From the human T2T-CHM13v2.0 reference genome, Homo sapiens: a stretch of 64,000 nucleotides of DNA. Position 1 is the first letter of the stretch, and each line of letters opens with the position of its first letter. The notes below the pieces were generated by a model, which saw nothing but the letters and a program-made list of their open reading frames with translations, was not told the origin of the DNA and did not search any database. The DNA lies in NCBI RefSeq assembly GCF_009914755.1, contig NC_060939.1; one strand, written 5' to 3'. A program made the position numbers and the translations under genes. Positions 26,405-44,583 of this stretch are shown one piece after another.

Positions 26405-28262
26405 CAGAGAATTGTCTGTTTTGAGATTAAAATTTGGGAGTTTTAAGAGAACCACTCAGTAGCAGTGATGGTCTATGAATATTCTAAAATTATGTGAAGA
26501 AATTTGTGTGAAAGCATACATCCATTTTTCTAACCTTTATCAGATTTCAAAGAGGTTCCTCATCCCCAGAAGGTTGAACACTATACTGGAATAGTCAAAG
26601 CACTCAAATTTTTTCTTAATTCTTTATCTTTTTATAGTTTTAGCTAAAACTTCTATATCTAATTCTAAATTTATATATTTCAGCTAAAAATAAATGGTAT
26701 TTAGGTTTTAAAGCCATTCTAATAAAGCAGCTATATTTAGCCACCTTCACCAGTTTCCCCTTATTGAAGGGTTAAGGTTGTTCTTCATGCAATAAACACT
26801 GTAACATAAAGAAAGCTTCCTGAACTGTGTGTAGTGTAACTGAAGGTGGGACTATATTGTTACACCTCACCGCTTACAAATACTTTATTCTCTAAAATCT
26901 AATTTTTACTAACTTCCTATTAGAGATTACAGAAAGCTATTTTGAGATTATAAGCAGTGATAAGAATGCATTTAAAATGTGGACTTCATGAAGCACTGCG
27001 TTGAACAGGATGAAGTGAAATAATCCCGATTCCAGAGTTAATCTGGAGTCAGCCATGTGAATTTAGGACAGGAAATATTAATTTATTGAGGCATTGTGCA
27101 AAAAATAGTTAAGTGATATTCTGCATGTAAATCTGGGTCCCCCACACCAATATCCTTTGAAAGGAAGGTTTATCCTCGGAATCACAAAACATTGAGTGGA
27201 ATGCTACAGTTTTGTAATCACTGCTACTTTAAACAGCAGTTAGCCACACTAAGCAAGAATAGCTGTAGAGATTAAAATGTTACATTAAGTGTTCTTTAAA
27301 AATGAATATATATGGTATATATAAAAATGTAAATTCCAAAATAATATAATTTTCATCTATAACATGATTTAAAGCAGGGGACACTGGGAAGGGATGGGGG
27401 CTGAACCCATTTTATGGCACTCTTCCCAGTCTAAGGTACCTTTTACTTTATCTTAATGTAGAATGTTTTATAAAGAGAAAATCAATCCACTTTAAATATT
27501 GGGTTCACATTACTTTTCAGGCTGGACAACCATTTCTTGAATTCTTAAATTATTTTTATTTGACAGAATTATACATTGAGGTAGACATAGGGGTTCGCTG
27601 TTCTGCTGAGATCCTTTTTTCTTTTAGGTGCCCAAGAATTCCCATCCCTCCATGGTTCAAATAATAGGTAGGTTGTTATAAAGGAAGCTGGCAACAGGCA
27701 ATAACATTACTTGTAAGTAAGTTTTTTTTCCTCAATAGGAATCTAAGATTTTGTTTTTTTATAGCAAGCATTTTTTTCTTCAATTCAGTTGTAACTGGTA
27801 CACAACAAAACATAAATATGTACTATCAGGTATAGGATGTTTTGGGGGTGTGTTGTTGAAAATTTAGTTTCACCTTATAATGTTGACCACACTTTCATGT
27901 CTGTTAATCTTAAAAAATTATGATCATCTTTGTGTGAAAATTTGGTCTGTTTTCATGACTCCTCAAACTTGCAGTATAGGTGATGATACAGTGAAGATCT
28001 GTTTTCAGGTTTCTTCTACCCATCTCATCCATGAGGTTTTTCTTTCCTCTGAGATACCTAAATTGTACTTTAATATGATACAAGACTAGAATTGAGAGGA
28101 AACTTTATTTTCTCATGTTTTGGGAGAAGAAAAAATAGAAATGTGTCATTCATGAGGACTGATTGACTCAGAGTTGTTGTGCAAATTTTGACCTTTGAAC
28201 TCTTTGTTCCCATGCCCCTATTTTAATTCAAACCTTATACTCAAGTCTCAACTTGTTTTTAG

Positions 28263-28421
28263 GGGGTTAGCCAACGTTTCCCTCAGAACAGTATCAGTGC
28301 AGCAGGAAGTGCCATGTTCCTCAGATTTATGAATCCTGACATTGTCTCACTGTATGAAGCAGGGATTTTAGATAAAAAGCCACCACCTAGAATCGGAAGG
28401 GGCTTGAAGTTAATGTCAAAG
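28263..28421 (+). pseudogene. NF1 exon 32 (24) copy containing the RasGAP FLR motif
   Basis: tag|GGGGTTAGCCAACG...ATGTTCCTCAGATTT...GTCAAAG|gtgaat, 159 bp. Confidence 0.9.
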
Positions 28422-28932
28422 GTGAATTATTTTGATAATCTAGCTATCTTAAATTCCCCTTTCAACTAAATTTTCAGCTTTTCTTACAGTACTTCCTCTT
28501 ACATTTATATTGGAAATACCCTACGGTTTTCAGTTATGTGTTTTTATTTTGTTTATATTACAAAGGAATTCATTAGTTAGGTACCTGATGGACCTTATTT
28601 TCATGAGAATACGTTTTATTATAGCAGATGTCTTGTGTCATGAGGATCATTTTTTGCGTAATCATTCTAGACATTCTGAAACAGACTACGGTGAAGGCTG
28701 TAGGATTTTTTATTTTAAGACATTAAACATTTTTAATATGTATTTGTACATGTAAATATAATTATAATTAGGAAGAATAGAAACACTACCTAAAATATAG
28801 AATGAGAAATGATTGATTTTAACTACTAGCAGAAATTATATCAAGAAAATTCATATTTTTAAAGAATATATTAATGTATAAACTTCATACAATAAATAAT
28901 CTGATTATTTATAACCCTGTTTTATTGTGTAA

Positions 28933-29030
28933 ATACTTCAGAGTATTGCCAATCATGTTCTCTTCACAAAAGAAGAGCATATGCGGCCTTTCAATGATTT
29001 TGTGAAAAGCAGCTTTGATGCAGCTTGAAG
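28933..29030 (+). pseudogene. NF1 exon 33 (25) copy, acceptor destroyed (AA)
   Basis: taa|ATACTTCAGAGTATTGCC...|gtaagc, 98 bp. Confidence 0.88.
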
Positions 29031-30266
29031 GTAAGCTACTTGCCACTTATTCACTTGCTCTGTTTGAATCAAATATTTTCAGTTTCACATAAATCCATGT
29101 ACCTGTTTTACATGAAGTTCCGTGTAGGTTTTTTTCTCTTCCTGCTCTAGGTCAAGACATAGCTTGCCTTATTTTATTTTACTATAAAAGACAGTCTTGA
29201 AATAAATTAATATTTTTTATAATTTGGTAGTGATTTTCATATTTGAAAACCAAGAGGCATTTTGGACATGTCTAGTTAAATAAAGGATTTGAGGATGGTA
29301 CAATATGGGGATAAGGAAGAAATAGGATTCCTTTTATTTAAAACTAAAACCAAATTGGTATTGATAATGCATAAGAATGTTTAATAAGGTTTTTATTAGT
29401 ATCAGAATATTTGTGATACTTAAATTTGGAAGTGTATCTAAACTAAAATGTTATTCTTTAAACCAAGTAATGCAAACACGTAAGATTTTGTTCATGAGTA
29501 ACTGAACTTTATGATTTTAGAAAACTTTTCTGCTGGATTTCCATAACCAGTTATTTCACTTTATTTCTCTGAGTTATTGGTTTATCTGTAAAGTGGGGAT
29601 AAACTCTTTGCCTGAGTTGTTTTTAGAGAGAAAAAATGAGATAATTCATAAGAAAGTGCTTTGTAAATTTATGTCTGGAATTCTGCTTTTCATGCAGTGT
29701 GAATCTAATTGATCCTTATCATCTAAGCTAGCCTTGTACAACTCTCTCTTCCAGTTTATCATCATTGTAATTGTTACTGACTTTTATTCTTTTAGGAAAA
29801 TTGGAGTTTAAAAGGTATATTGCTGAATGACAAGCCATGTTGGAAAGAGAGTGAATGTCAGCACAGGATTCATATTCTGGCAGACTGAGGGCCCAAAGAA
29901 AGTTAAAAGGAACAAAGTTTTAATACTGGCTTTGACCTAACAGGCTATATATCTTTGGGGAGGTCTTTTGTCTGGACCTTCATTTCCTTATCTGTAAAAT
30001 ACCAGCCTCTTTCCAAAGTTTCATCCATCTCAATTTTGCTGTTCTTTAACTACAGAAGCTGAAGCCAGGTATCAGAAATGGAAAGCCAACTTTCTCCTTG
30101 TCCTTTTTACTTTGTCTAATGACAAATCACGTTGTGGGAACAAGCCCTCCATATTTGTAATTGTCATCTCAGTTGCTTCACAAAGTTACTTCGTATAAAT
30201 TTAATTCAAACATAAGTATGGTGTGTCTCTGGTGTTGAAAATTCTAGTGACTTTGCATTTTCTAAT

Positions 30267-30413
30267 GTTTTTTCTTGATATGGCATCTGATTGTCCTACA
30301 AGTGATGCAGTAAATCATAGCCTTTCCTTCAGCAGTGACGGCAATGTGCTCGCTTTACATCATCTACTCCGGAACAATCAGGAGAAAATTGGCCAGTGTC
30401 TTTCTAGCAACAG
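30267..30413 (+). pseudogene. NF1 exon 34 (26) copy, acceptor destroyed (AT)
   Basis: FFLDMASDCPTSDAVNHSLSF...NNQEKIGQ; CAACAG|gtaaga, 147 bp. Confidence 0.88.
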
Positions 30414-30879
30414 GTAAGATTTCCCAGTCATGAGGATAGTGAACATTCTCCATTTTAATTTAGATCAATAAAATTATTGGTCATGAATAGTGCTTTTTAA
30501 AAACTTTGCATCTTCTTGGACTAAGAATTATGGTTTAGAAAGAGAAAGTCTTTTTTTTTTTTTTTTTTTTTTTTTTTCAAAAAAATACAAACAAAAGGTT
30601 AAGTCATGTTAAATAATCAACAAACCTATGTAGGTTCCAGTGGTGGTTATTATTATTATTTTCTCAAGTTAAGAAATCACAGATTAGCTCTTTGGGTTTG
30701 TATGGCTTGCAAACTGTCATAGACCCAAAGAAGTTCAAATTAGTGTTGGCATTTGAATCTGAAGAACAGCTAATTCATAGGAATTCAGTAATTAAAATAT
30801 TGTCAGTGTTTCAATTCTATGATAAACTCATTTGTGATACTCTAAGTATATGCAAATAAAGCTTTATATAGAAAATACT

Positions 30880-31189
<310 letters not shown>

Positions 31190-31643
31190 ACTTAAAAATT
31201 GAAATTATTAATTTGGGCATTGTTTCATTAGCTCTTATTAGTCTCTTGTGTTAACATAAATTACTTGCTGTCCCATCTAGTTATATAAACTTGTAAAGGG
31301 ACAAAATTCCTAAGTATGAGGAGTTCCTTACAAAGGAAAAATGAGTCCAAATTATTTTTAAATGCCAATAAAAGTGGTTAGCACATTCACAGGAAAAGTA
31401 GTGGACTATGAAGCTAAGGGTAAGCAATTGGGAGATGGGAGTTTAAACCACAGAGCATTTTAATCTTTTATGCATTATTAATGGATTGAAGTAGACATGG
31501 GCCTGAGGTCTTTTGGGTGCTGTTTACAAATCAACAGGGACCACCAGCTGACAGTTAAAGGAAAAGCAACAGTTACAAGTTAAAGAAATGTGTACTGCTA
31601 AATGTGAACTGCTACTTTTTTCTAAGTAGTTTGCTATATCTAG

Positions 31644-31789
31644 GGATCATAAAGCTGTTGGAAGATGACCTTTTGATAAATGGCAACACTTCTTGTATAC
31701 CTCGGTCCTCCAGAGCACAAACCTGTGGCAGATACATACCGGTCCAGCCTTAACCTTACCAGTTAAAAGTTTGAGGAATTTATGATGAG
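31644..31789 (+). pseudogene. NF1 exon 35 (27a) copy with stop and frameshift
   Basis: tag|GGATCATAAAGCTGTTGGAAGATGA...|gtaaag. Confidence 0.9.
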
Positions 31790-31949
31790 GTAAAGTACAA
31801 CCTTGAAATGTAGATTGCTTTCTTTTTGGTTGAGAAGCAGAGTTTACCACTAGGCCACTTGTTAGATATGATAGAAGACTATGAGGAAAGATGCATCTAA
31901 TAATCACATTGCCATGTTTGGGGACCCAACTTTTCTCCTATTCTATATA

Positions 31950-31983
<34 letters not shown>

Positions 31984-32819
31984 TATGTTTTATATGTTGA
32001 TTGCCATAATAGTAGTAACAAATCATATTTTATCATCTCGCTTTCATAAGTTTTCACATTTAATACCTACCAGGGAATGAAGAAAACATTATTTTCAGAT
32101 GATAGTTAAGGAAAATGCAACTCAGTGTGAATAACTGGCTTGTGTGAGATCCCACACCTGATTCATAGGTCTTTTTGTTTTAAGTGCAGAACTTTTCTAC
32201 TACACTATAACACTTTTCAGAACCCTCATAAAGATGAATGGTTTTAACTTCTTTTAGATTAAGGCTCAGAAAATATAGTCTACTTCAGTATTGCTATAAA
32301 ATTTCTGTGGACATTTGTTTTGAATCCCATTTCATGGCATTTAGCTTGTGAACAAAAAGATCTTCATGGTTAGACACTGACTCTATGATGATATAGTGAG
32401 AGTAGTTTGCTGAATCTTTTAAAGTACATTTCACAGTACCTTATGCTTAGTAAGGTCTCCATAGTGTCTGTGAGTTGAATGTTGTGTTCACAGTATCTGC
32501 CAAAACAGAAAGAAAAAAACAAAATCTGATGATGAGAAGTTAAAGCTTTGTATATCATATGCCTTGAATTGTAAGTGCCTGTTGTTAGTTGTATTACATA
32601 TAGGTCATGGTTTTGTACACATAACTCCAAACCATTGATACTGTTAAAAGAATATATGAATATATGAAAGAATGTATAAACATAAGAATGTATGGGTATA
32701 TAATGTACTTTCCAAATTAATTTTTATTTTTAGCTTTGTTAGATTTTTCTTAGTGTAGCAAACGTTTATTCCTATGTAATTAAGGGCATATTTTCTGTAC
32801 AGAATATTCATATTACCTA

Positions 32820-33275
<456 letters not shown>

Positions 33276-33607
33276 AAAATATAAATTAAAAGAAGTAAAA
33301 AAATAAGTAAATAGAAATACATATAAAGATGAGTACATCAAAACAAACAATTTTTAAATTTAACATCACTGAGGGCATCCTGGCCATTTTTCTATTTTTC
33401 TAGGAAAATGTTTTTATTACTCCTTTTTTTCTAAGATCCTACCTTTCCTTACAAAGCAGTCTTTTGTGCTTTTGAAGATTATGTAATCTAATATATATAG
33501 TATACTTAGGACAGTATCTGGTACTTGTAAAGTGTTTAATAAATGTTAGATCTTATTTTTGTTCTAAATTCCCACTGATGCTTTTGGAGACCCATTTTCT
33601 GTTTTAA

Positions 33608-34013
<406 letters not shown>

Positions 34014-34267
34014 TAAAAATTGTTTATCCTCCTGCTCAGAAATAATTCAGTTAACGTATGGTGTATAGTCTCCCAGTCATTTATCTATGCACATGTATAT
34101 GTTTTTCTCCTATCAAATGATATCTAGGTTGTTTCCATTAATATTTTTAAAATGCTGACCTGGTACCAGCAGCATGATGGGCTGAGTTAATACAGTCTCC
34201 TTCCCAAATCACAATACTCATAGATACACTAAGTGTAAAAGAAAACATGTATACTTAAAAAAAATTA

Positions 34268-34562
<295 letters not shown>

Positions 34563-35293
34563 TTAATTAATTAATTAAGTTTATAGCTGAAGGTAGTTTC
34601 TAAGCAAATTACCTAGCATACAGTCATTACAGACAAAGAAATGGAAAATATGAAAGAGATTAAGAGATGCAGAAGATAGAATGAGAAGTTCCAAAATATG
34701 TCTAGTAGGTGTTCCCTAGAAATTGAGCTCAGTGAGAATGGGAAGAAGTAATATTTGAAAGGGTAAAGGATGAATGTTTTCTAGAGTTGATGAATGACAT
34801 TAATCTTGAAGTTAAAGAAGCACACTGAGTCTTGAGCAGACTATATATAAAGTAAACCAGGCTTTAATACATATGGGAACATAATATATGATAAAAGTGG
34901 TATTTGAAATCAAGATTAGGATGGACTTTCAATAAATGGTGTTGATAAAACTGAGTAATGATCTGAAAAAATATTTTCATACCATTTATGAGGATAGACT
35001 CCCATAAATCAGAAAGAAAAAAAAAACATGAGCAAAGCAAGGCCTTTTTCATCCATTCAAAATCCATAAACTAGAAAGGAAAAGATTAATAAAATGAATT
35101 CGTTAAAAAATCATAAACTTCTGTCTGACACAAAGAAGTCATGAGTAAAAACAATCCTATGGTTAATATCCTCATCCAGTAGTTCTCTTAGAATAGTCCT
35201 AAAAGTGCTTTTGTGGTTCAAAGAGTAATATCTTGAGATTTTTTGTGCATGTTGTCAAATTACCCTTTAGAATGCCTGTTGCTTTTAAAATAA

Positions 35294-35530
<237 letters not shown>

Positions 35531-35879
35531 TAACAGAATTTTTTAAATGATAGTAAATATAGAGAGATGGCAAGTTTGGTTTTTCCCGTTTGACTTAACA
35601 GGAATTGAAGACAAGTTTACCTGGGAGCATATAGTGGGGTAAATAGCCTGCCTTTCCTAAAATGATGGTCAATATCTAATAACTGCTTTTCAGACTACCC
35701 ATTTCATATTGGTTTCCCTGTCCTACATCATTTTTTTAAGACTGCCTAAAATGGATTAATTACCAAGAGTTAAAAAACCACAAAGAATCTTTTGTTTTCA
35801 AGTATATTCTGATTAAGTAGTACTCAACAACATGATAACCGGGAACTTTTTTCAATTTTATTTTATTTTATGATTTTAT

Positions 35880-36480
<601 letters not shown>

Positions 36481-37716
36481 GTTCACTGGCCTGCTGCCTT
36501 AGACATTAAATCAGGTGCTACTGCGGTATTCCGAGTTGTAATTAGTTTTTTATTTTGACATCTATAAATCTTCAGGCAGCCAGACAGCTTGATAAAGTTA
36601 AGCCAAATACAGTTTTTCTAGGAGTGGTGAATTAATGGGAGAAGTGGCCAGATCATCCTTGTGTGTAGGTGTGAGCATGTCTGAGTGTGGCGAGGGAAGG
36701 TGGTTGGGTAGAGAGTGCTGTGAGGGAGTGAGGTGGGAATCCCCCTAGCTAGGATTGAGTCATTTTTTTCTTCTTCCATGCAAAATGCATATTCCCCATT
36801 GTGGATTTCTGAGTGTGTGAGTGATGAAGAAATAGGGCATGTGCCTTGACCCAGTTGCAGCTATTGCCTCCATGTGCCTGAGGTGCCTTCCTCATACTCT
36901 AGCATGTTACTGGGCAGACAGTCAGTATTAGCACATGCTGCTGGTCCTTGTGAGCACAGCACGAAGACGAGAAATGGCTGGCAGAATTTTGGCTTGAGGG
37001 CCAATAGATGTAATAAATGTAATACAGTTAGTTTTAGAACATAATTCCATAATTTGATTCGGGTCAAATAAATCATTTTAACCAAAATTTCTATTGTGGA
37101 AGAAAATCTTTCAAGAATTATGAAATTTGTGTCTCAGAATTGGCTCATTTAAGAAAAATAATACTGTTCAAATGTGCGAAGGCTGTCAAAGGGTTTGTTG
37201 TATAGCTTTGCATTGGCTGAGTTTTCAATGTTTAGACATTTGAGTATAAGAAAACTGCTACACTAAAAGTAATAGACATAAAAATAAAAAATAAACAGCT
37301 GTGTAATGTTATCAGGCTAGCTAGATGTTATGCATCTGTGATTCTGAGGCTTCTTTGCAGCATTTGGTTCATGGAGGTTCTGGTAAGACCAGCTTGTGAG
37401 CGTTGATGTTTCAGAGCAGGTTATTTTCTATGGTGTGAAAGATGCAGTCATTGCCAAGAGTCACAAAAAGTGAGGCTGGGAAGAGGATACACTGAATAAA
37501 GTTTTAAGGAAGTTTAAGAAAGCACACACCACATTGCCATTTGCTTTCTTAAAGTTTCAAGGAAAATTTCTAAAAAATACGTTCGTATGGTTTGTAAGGT
37601 TCACATGAGATAAGGAAGTAAATAGAGCACTTAGCATAGGAATTGGAAAAAAAATACTTATACTTTCAGACATAGAAGACATACAGTTAACAGATTTCAG
37701 AGTCAAGCACTGGTTA

Positions 37717-38084
<368 letters not shown>

Positions 38085-38945
38085 TTAGATTATAAGAATA
38101 CAATTTTGATCATAATCATTTACTGTTCTTTGTCACGAAGAACTACTGATCTGTCTTTGTAAACCTGCAAACCTGATCATTGAGAAGTCTGCATCACTAT
38201 TGATGACAACTTATGGTTCTTCATTAAGTGACCCAGTTCATTTGCTGGAAGATTGGCTGCCTGTTAGCCCAGAAAAAGATCCTTTTTCTAGTGAATATCA
38301 TTGCAAAGTGAAACAGGAAGAGTGGAAAGGTACAGTCTGTAGGCTAGCATGCGATGCACCATGAAACTCATCATGAAAAAGACATGTGTGTCATTAATCA
38401 TGGCCACATTGATCACGGCCCCACTCTCTAGGGAAGAAGCCAGTTTTTTCCCTTCCCTGAGAGATACCATAACTGAGCCGCCATCAGTATCTTCAGCCTT
38501 CCCTTGGAGGAGGATGAACTCGACCTCGATGGTAAGTGATTGATGGTTGACTTAAGAGAATTTGGCTGGCCAGGAATTTGGCTGGCCAGAGAGATGTCCT
38601 TCCTCCCTCACTGCTTCCTCATGGAAATGTTAATGAAGATTAAACAAATTAATATATGAAAGTAATACCTGGAACTTAGTAAATCTCAGTGAATTTTAGT
38701 CACTATTACTGCTCCTGTGGACCTCAAGTATCAAGCAATGTGACTACGATCAGTAGTGAACTAGCCTTTCTGTAGGCATATTCCTTTGTTTCTCTTGGGT
38801 AAATACCTGGTAGTAGAATGCCTAGTGCATATGGTAAGTGCATGCTCAACTTTTTAATACACTGCCAAGTTGTTTCCCAAAGCAGTTGAACCATTTTCCA
38901 TTTTCAGCAGTAGTGTATGAGAGTTTCAGTGGCTCTATATCTTGA

Positions 38946-39390
<445 letters not shown>

Positions 39391-39798
39391 TAGGGTGATT
39401 TATTGTCTTACTATTGAACAGTAAGAGCTCTTGTATATTTTGGTTACAGATCTTTTGTTGGATGTATGTTTTGCAAGTGTTTTCTTCCAGGTGAGCACTG
39501 CCACTTCATTTCATTAACAATGATGTTGAAATAGGAAAATGTGTATTTTGGGGGAGTCAACTACTCTTCTCAAATCTGCCTGAATAGATTTATCCTTTAG
39601 GCCTCTTTTGTGGCAAGACAAATTCATAGCTGAGAAATTTATATGGGAGGAACAAAAAAGTAACTGTACCACTATCTAATATTGAGTACCAGTATTAGTG
39701 CAATTATTTAATAATGTAACTTCTTGTTAGTATAACATTAGTGAAAAATAATTATGAAATCTTTAGTATGTTTATCTTCTTCCATAAAATAAATTCAT

Positions 39799-40092
<294 letters not shown>

Positions 40093-40280
40093 TTAATTTA
40101 AAAAATAAATTCATCAAATAACGACAATCACGAGAGTGACTACAAAAGATGGGCGTGTCCTCAGAGTCTGGCCTCAGTGAGTTTGGAGTGGTGCATACCA
40201 GGAGCAGCAGAGGTTCCAGGGAAAATTGTAGACAGAGGAAACAAACCACCATGAAGGAGAGTCAGTGGCAATAATCATTA

Positions 40281-40658
<378 letters not shown>

Positions 40659-41159
40659 TTAAGACTTAAGAGCATTTAAGACCAACAAAGTTTCAATAAA
40701 GAAATGTTAATAGAGAAGGTTAGCAGGAAAGGAAAAGATTAAGGAGTGCAGTTATGAATAGTTAGAATCTAGTAGCTAGTAAGCAGATGACACATCTGAA
40801 ACTCTAATCACGTATTTGCAACAATAAGAAAGCTGTATGTAAAACAACTTCTGTTTGTGGTTGGTGGAATTAAAGGAAACAAGACAGAATAAGCGAACAA
40901 CTGAAAATAAATACAAAAATGAGGTGATCAGAGTGAAGGCATTCTACAGTGTTTGCATTATTTTGTGGAGGGAGTTAAAATTAGCTTAATTTTAGCCTTT
41001 GTTAAATTGTAATGCAAAATGCAGTGTAAAATTTCAAGGAAAACAACTAAAAGAATAGTAAAGATTCCAAACCAATAGAGGTTTAATTTCCAAACCAATC
41101 AAAGGAAAAAAGATGGAATTGGTGGGTGAGGGTAGAAGGATTTAAATTATTCAAAAGAG

Positions 41160-41464
41160 ACTGGAGAGAGTGGTTCACACCTGTATTCCCAGCAATTTGG
41201 GAGGCCAAGGCAGGTGGATCACCTGGGGTCAGGAGTTCAAGACCAGCCTGGCCAACATGGTGAAACTCCTTCTATTCTAAAAATACAAAGAAAAAAATTA
41301 GCTGGGCGTGGTGGCTTACACCTGTTGTCCCAGCTACTCAGGAGGCAGAGGCACGAGAATCACTTGAATCCGGGAGGCAGAGGTTGCAGTAAGCCGAAAT
41401 CATGCCGCTGCACTCCAGCCTGGGGAACAGAGTGAGACTCAGTCTCAATAAATAAATAAATAAA
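41160..41464 (+). mobile_element. AluS with (TAAA)n tail
   Basis: Alu consensus match. Confidence 0.88.
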
Positions 41465-42158
41465 TTCAAAAGAAAAGCAGGAAGAGAGAGGGAAAAAAAC
41501 TAGATAAAATGGACAAGTAGAACACATAAAATAAAGTGAAAGGATAAGGATATAGAAGATTCGAATAGATTATTTCCCACTTTGATTTTAATGGACATAT
41601 ATCGTGATTAGAGAATATTATGCAGCCATTTAAATTGCATATGTAATAGTTACCACTTTACTTGGCATAAAGCCAGTTTTAATAAATTTCAAAGAATTAG
41701 TAACAAAAATAATTGAGAAAAACTTCCAGAAACTGGAAAAGGATAATGTGCTTTTGTTATAAAAGTTCATGTTATGTTGAAATGGATAAATGGAAAACAA
41801 CAAAAACAAAAAGCATACCCAGAAACATGAAGGTCACATTTTATATCACCAGAATGATATAAACTGATTTGCTTCAAAGGAATGAGAGAGACTTTGATTT
41901 GATCAGGGTGGTGACATCAGAAGCAAAAAGAAGTGCAGAAATCAATAGTGAGTTCTCACAGAAAAGAACATTGGAAATAGAAATTTACAGTCAGCCAAAC
42001 TATCACTGAAACCAACCTAAGACAGAATTTATTCAGAAGTATATACTACTGACTACCTGTAAACTCTGTGAGGGGAAAAAAAACCAAAAAAACAAAACTG
42101 GAGGATGCACTCCATAAAGAAGAGAAAATGAATTCAAAGAAATGCATTAAAAATACTA

Positions 42159-42460
<302 letters not shown>

Positions 42461-42819
42461 ATCAATAGTCGGCAAAAACAAAGAAGTAAAAATAATAGTA
42501 AAATTTGATTAAATCTGAATTGGTGCAAATATTTAAATAAATCAGCTACATGAGACATCTCAAATGTTATCAACATAGGGAGTAATATAGGATGGAGCAG
42601 GTGAAGTTTGCTATTGTATTTTATTTTCTAAGTATGGATAGAATTTAGGAATATTAATAGTGTTTTGTACAGTTAAGCTAACAGCTAGTCAGTTACATTT
42701 GGATTTTCTACCTACACAGTCACCTCTTATGGAGGTAATGACAGTTGCTTTTTTGTTTTCATTGAATTATTTTGCTTTTATTCATTTTTAAATTTTCTCC
42801 TGTGTACTGATAGGACTTG

Positions 42820-42938
42820 CAGTGAGCAGAGGGATGACTGAATAGAATGAGAAGCAGATTTGCCCTAAGCAGTTCCCAACTTGACTTTTCCCTTTAGCTT
42901 AGTGATTTTGGGGTCCAAAGATTTGTTTTCCTTTCACA
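42820..42938 (-). mobile_element. Truncated ERV1 LTR 5' end (MER4A-like)
   Basis: reverse complement TGTGAAAGGAAAACAAATCTTTGGACCCCAAAATCACTAAGCTAAAGGGAAAAGTCAAG...CCTCTGCTCACTG. Confidence 0.6.
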
Positions 42939-43800
42939 CAGCATTGTTTACATTAGCCAAGATTTAGAAGCAACATGTCAACAGATGAATGGATAAAGCA
43001 AATGTACATACACACCCCCAGGAGTACTTTTCACTTATAAAGAATAAGATCCTGTTATTTGCAACAACATGGATGGAACTGGAGATCATATGGTAAGACA
43101 AATAAGCCAGGCACATAAAGGCAAAATTTTTTCTTACAAGAACTTTGGCTATTCTGAGTCTTTCGTGGTTCTGTCTGCATTATAGGATTGTTTTTCCTGT
43201 TTCTGTGAAGAGTATCGATGTTTTGATAGGGTTGCATTAAGTCTGTAGATTGCATTGGTTAATATAGACACTAAAAATACTGATTCTTATTCATGAACAT
43301 AAAATACATATTTTTGTCTTTTTAAATTTCTTGCATCAATGTTTTATAGTATTCATTGTAGAGATCTTTAACGTCTTTGGTTAATTCCTAGGTATTTAAT
43401 TTTAATTTGAGGCTATCGTAAATGGGACCACTCTCTTGATTTCTTTTTCACATTGTTCACTGTTGGCATATAAAAATGCTGCTAACTTTTTAATCCTATA
43501 TCTTGACTAAAATTGTGAGTTCTAATAGTGTTTTAGTGAATTAGGATTTTCCAAATATAAGACCACATCATCTGCAAACAAACATAATTTGACTTCTTCC
43601 TTTCCAATTTGCTTGCCCTTTATTTTTTCTCTTGCTAATTGCTCTAGCTGCCATGTGTTGAATAACAGTAGTGAAAGTGTGCATCTCTGTCATGTTGTCA
43701 ATCTTAGAGGAAAAGCTTTTCATTTTTCCCCATTTAGTATCATACTATATGTGATATCTATATATCTATATATAACTTTTATATGCTGAGGTATGTTTCT

Positions 43801-44583
43801 TTTTTTATTATACTTTAAGTTTTAGGGTACATGTGCACAATGTGCAGGTTAGTTACATATGTATACATGTGGTATGCTGGTGTGCTGCACCCATTAACTC
43901 GTCATTTAGCATTAGGTATATCTCCTAAAGCTATCCCTCCCCCCTCCCCCCACCCCACAACAGTCCCCAGAGTGTGATGTTCCCCTTCCTGGGTCCATGT
44001 GTTCTCATTGTTCAACTCCCACCTATGAGTGAGAATATGTGGTGTTTGGTTTTTTGTTCTTGCGATAGTTTACTGAGAATGATGATTTCCAATTTCATCC
44101 ATGTCCCTACAAAGGACATGAACTCATCATTTTTTATGGCTGCATAGTATTCCGTGGTGTATATGTGCCACATTTTCTTAATCCAGTCTATCATTGTTGG
44201 ACATTTGGGTTGGTTCCAAGTCTTTGCTATTGTGAATAGTGCTGCAATAAACATACATGTGCATGTGTCTTTATAGCAGCATGATTTATAGTCCTTTGGG
44301 TATATACCCAGTAATGGGATGGCTGGGTCAAATGGTATTTCTAGTTCTAGATCCCTGAGGAATCGCCACACTGACTTCCACAAAGGTTGAACTAGTTTAC
44401 AGTCCCACCAACAGTATAAAAGTGTTCCTATTTCTCCACATCCTCTCCAGCACCTGTTGTTTCCTGACTTTTTAATGATTGCCATTCTAACTGGTGTGAG
44501 ATGGTATCTCATTGTGGTTTTGATTTGCATTTCTCTGATGGCCAGTGATGGTGAGCATTTTTTCATGTGTTTTTTGGCTGCAT
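43801..44583 (-). mobile_element. Young 5'-truncated L1PA (L1PA2/3-like) 3' end
   Basis: near-intact ORF2 C-terminus (44012-44566), L1PA 3'UTR, TSD GTATGTTTCTT at 43791 and 44584. Confidence 0.92.

Noticed and set aside
44012-44566. 184-aa ORF as a gene or active L1
   Set aside because: C-terminal tail of a 5'-truncated L1PA; no promoter, ORF1, endonuclease or RT.
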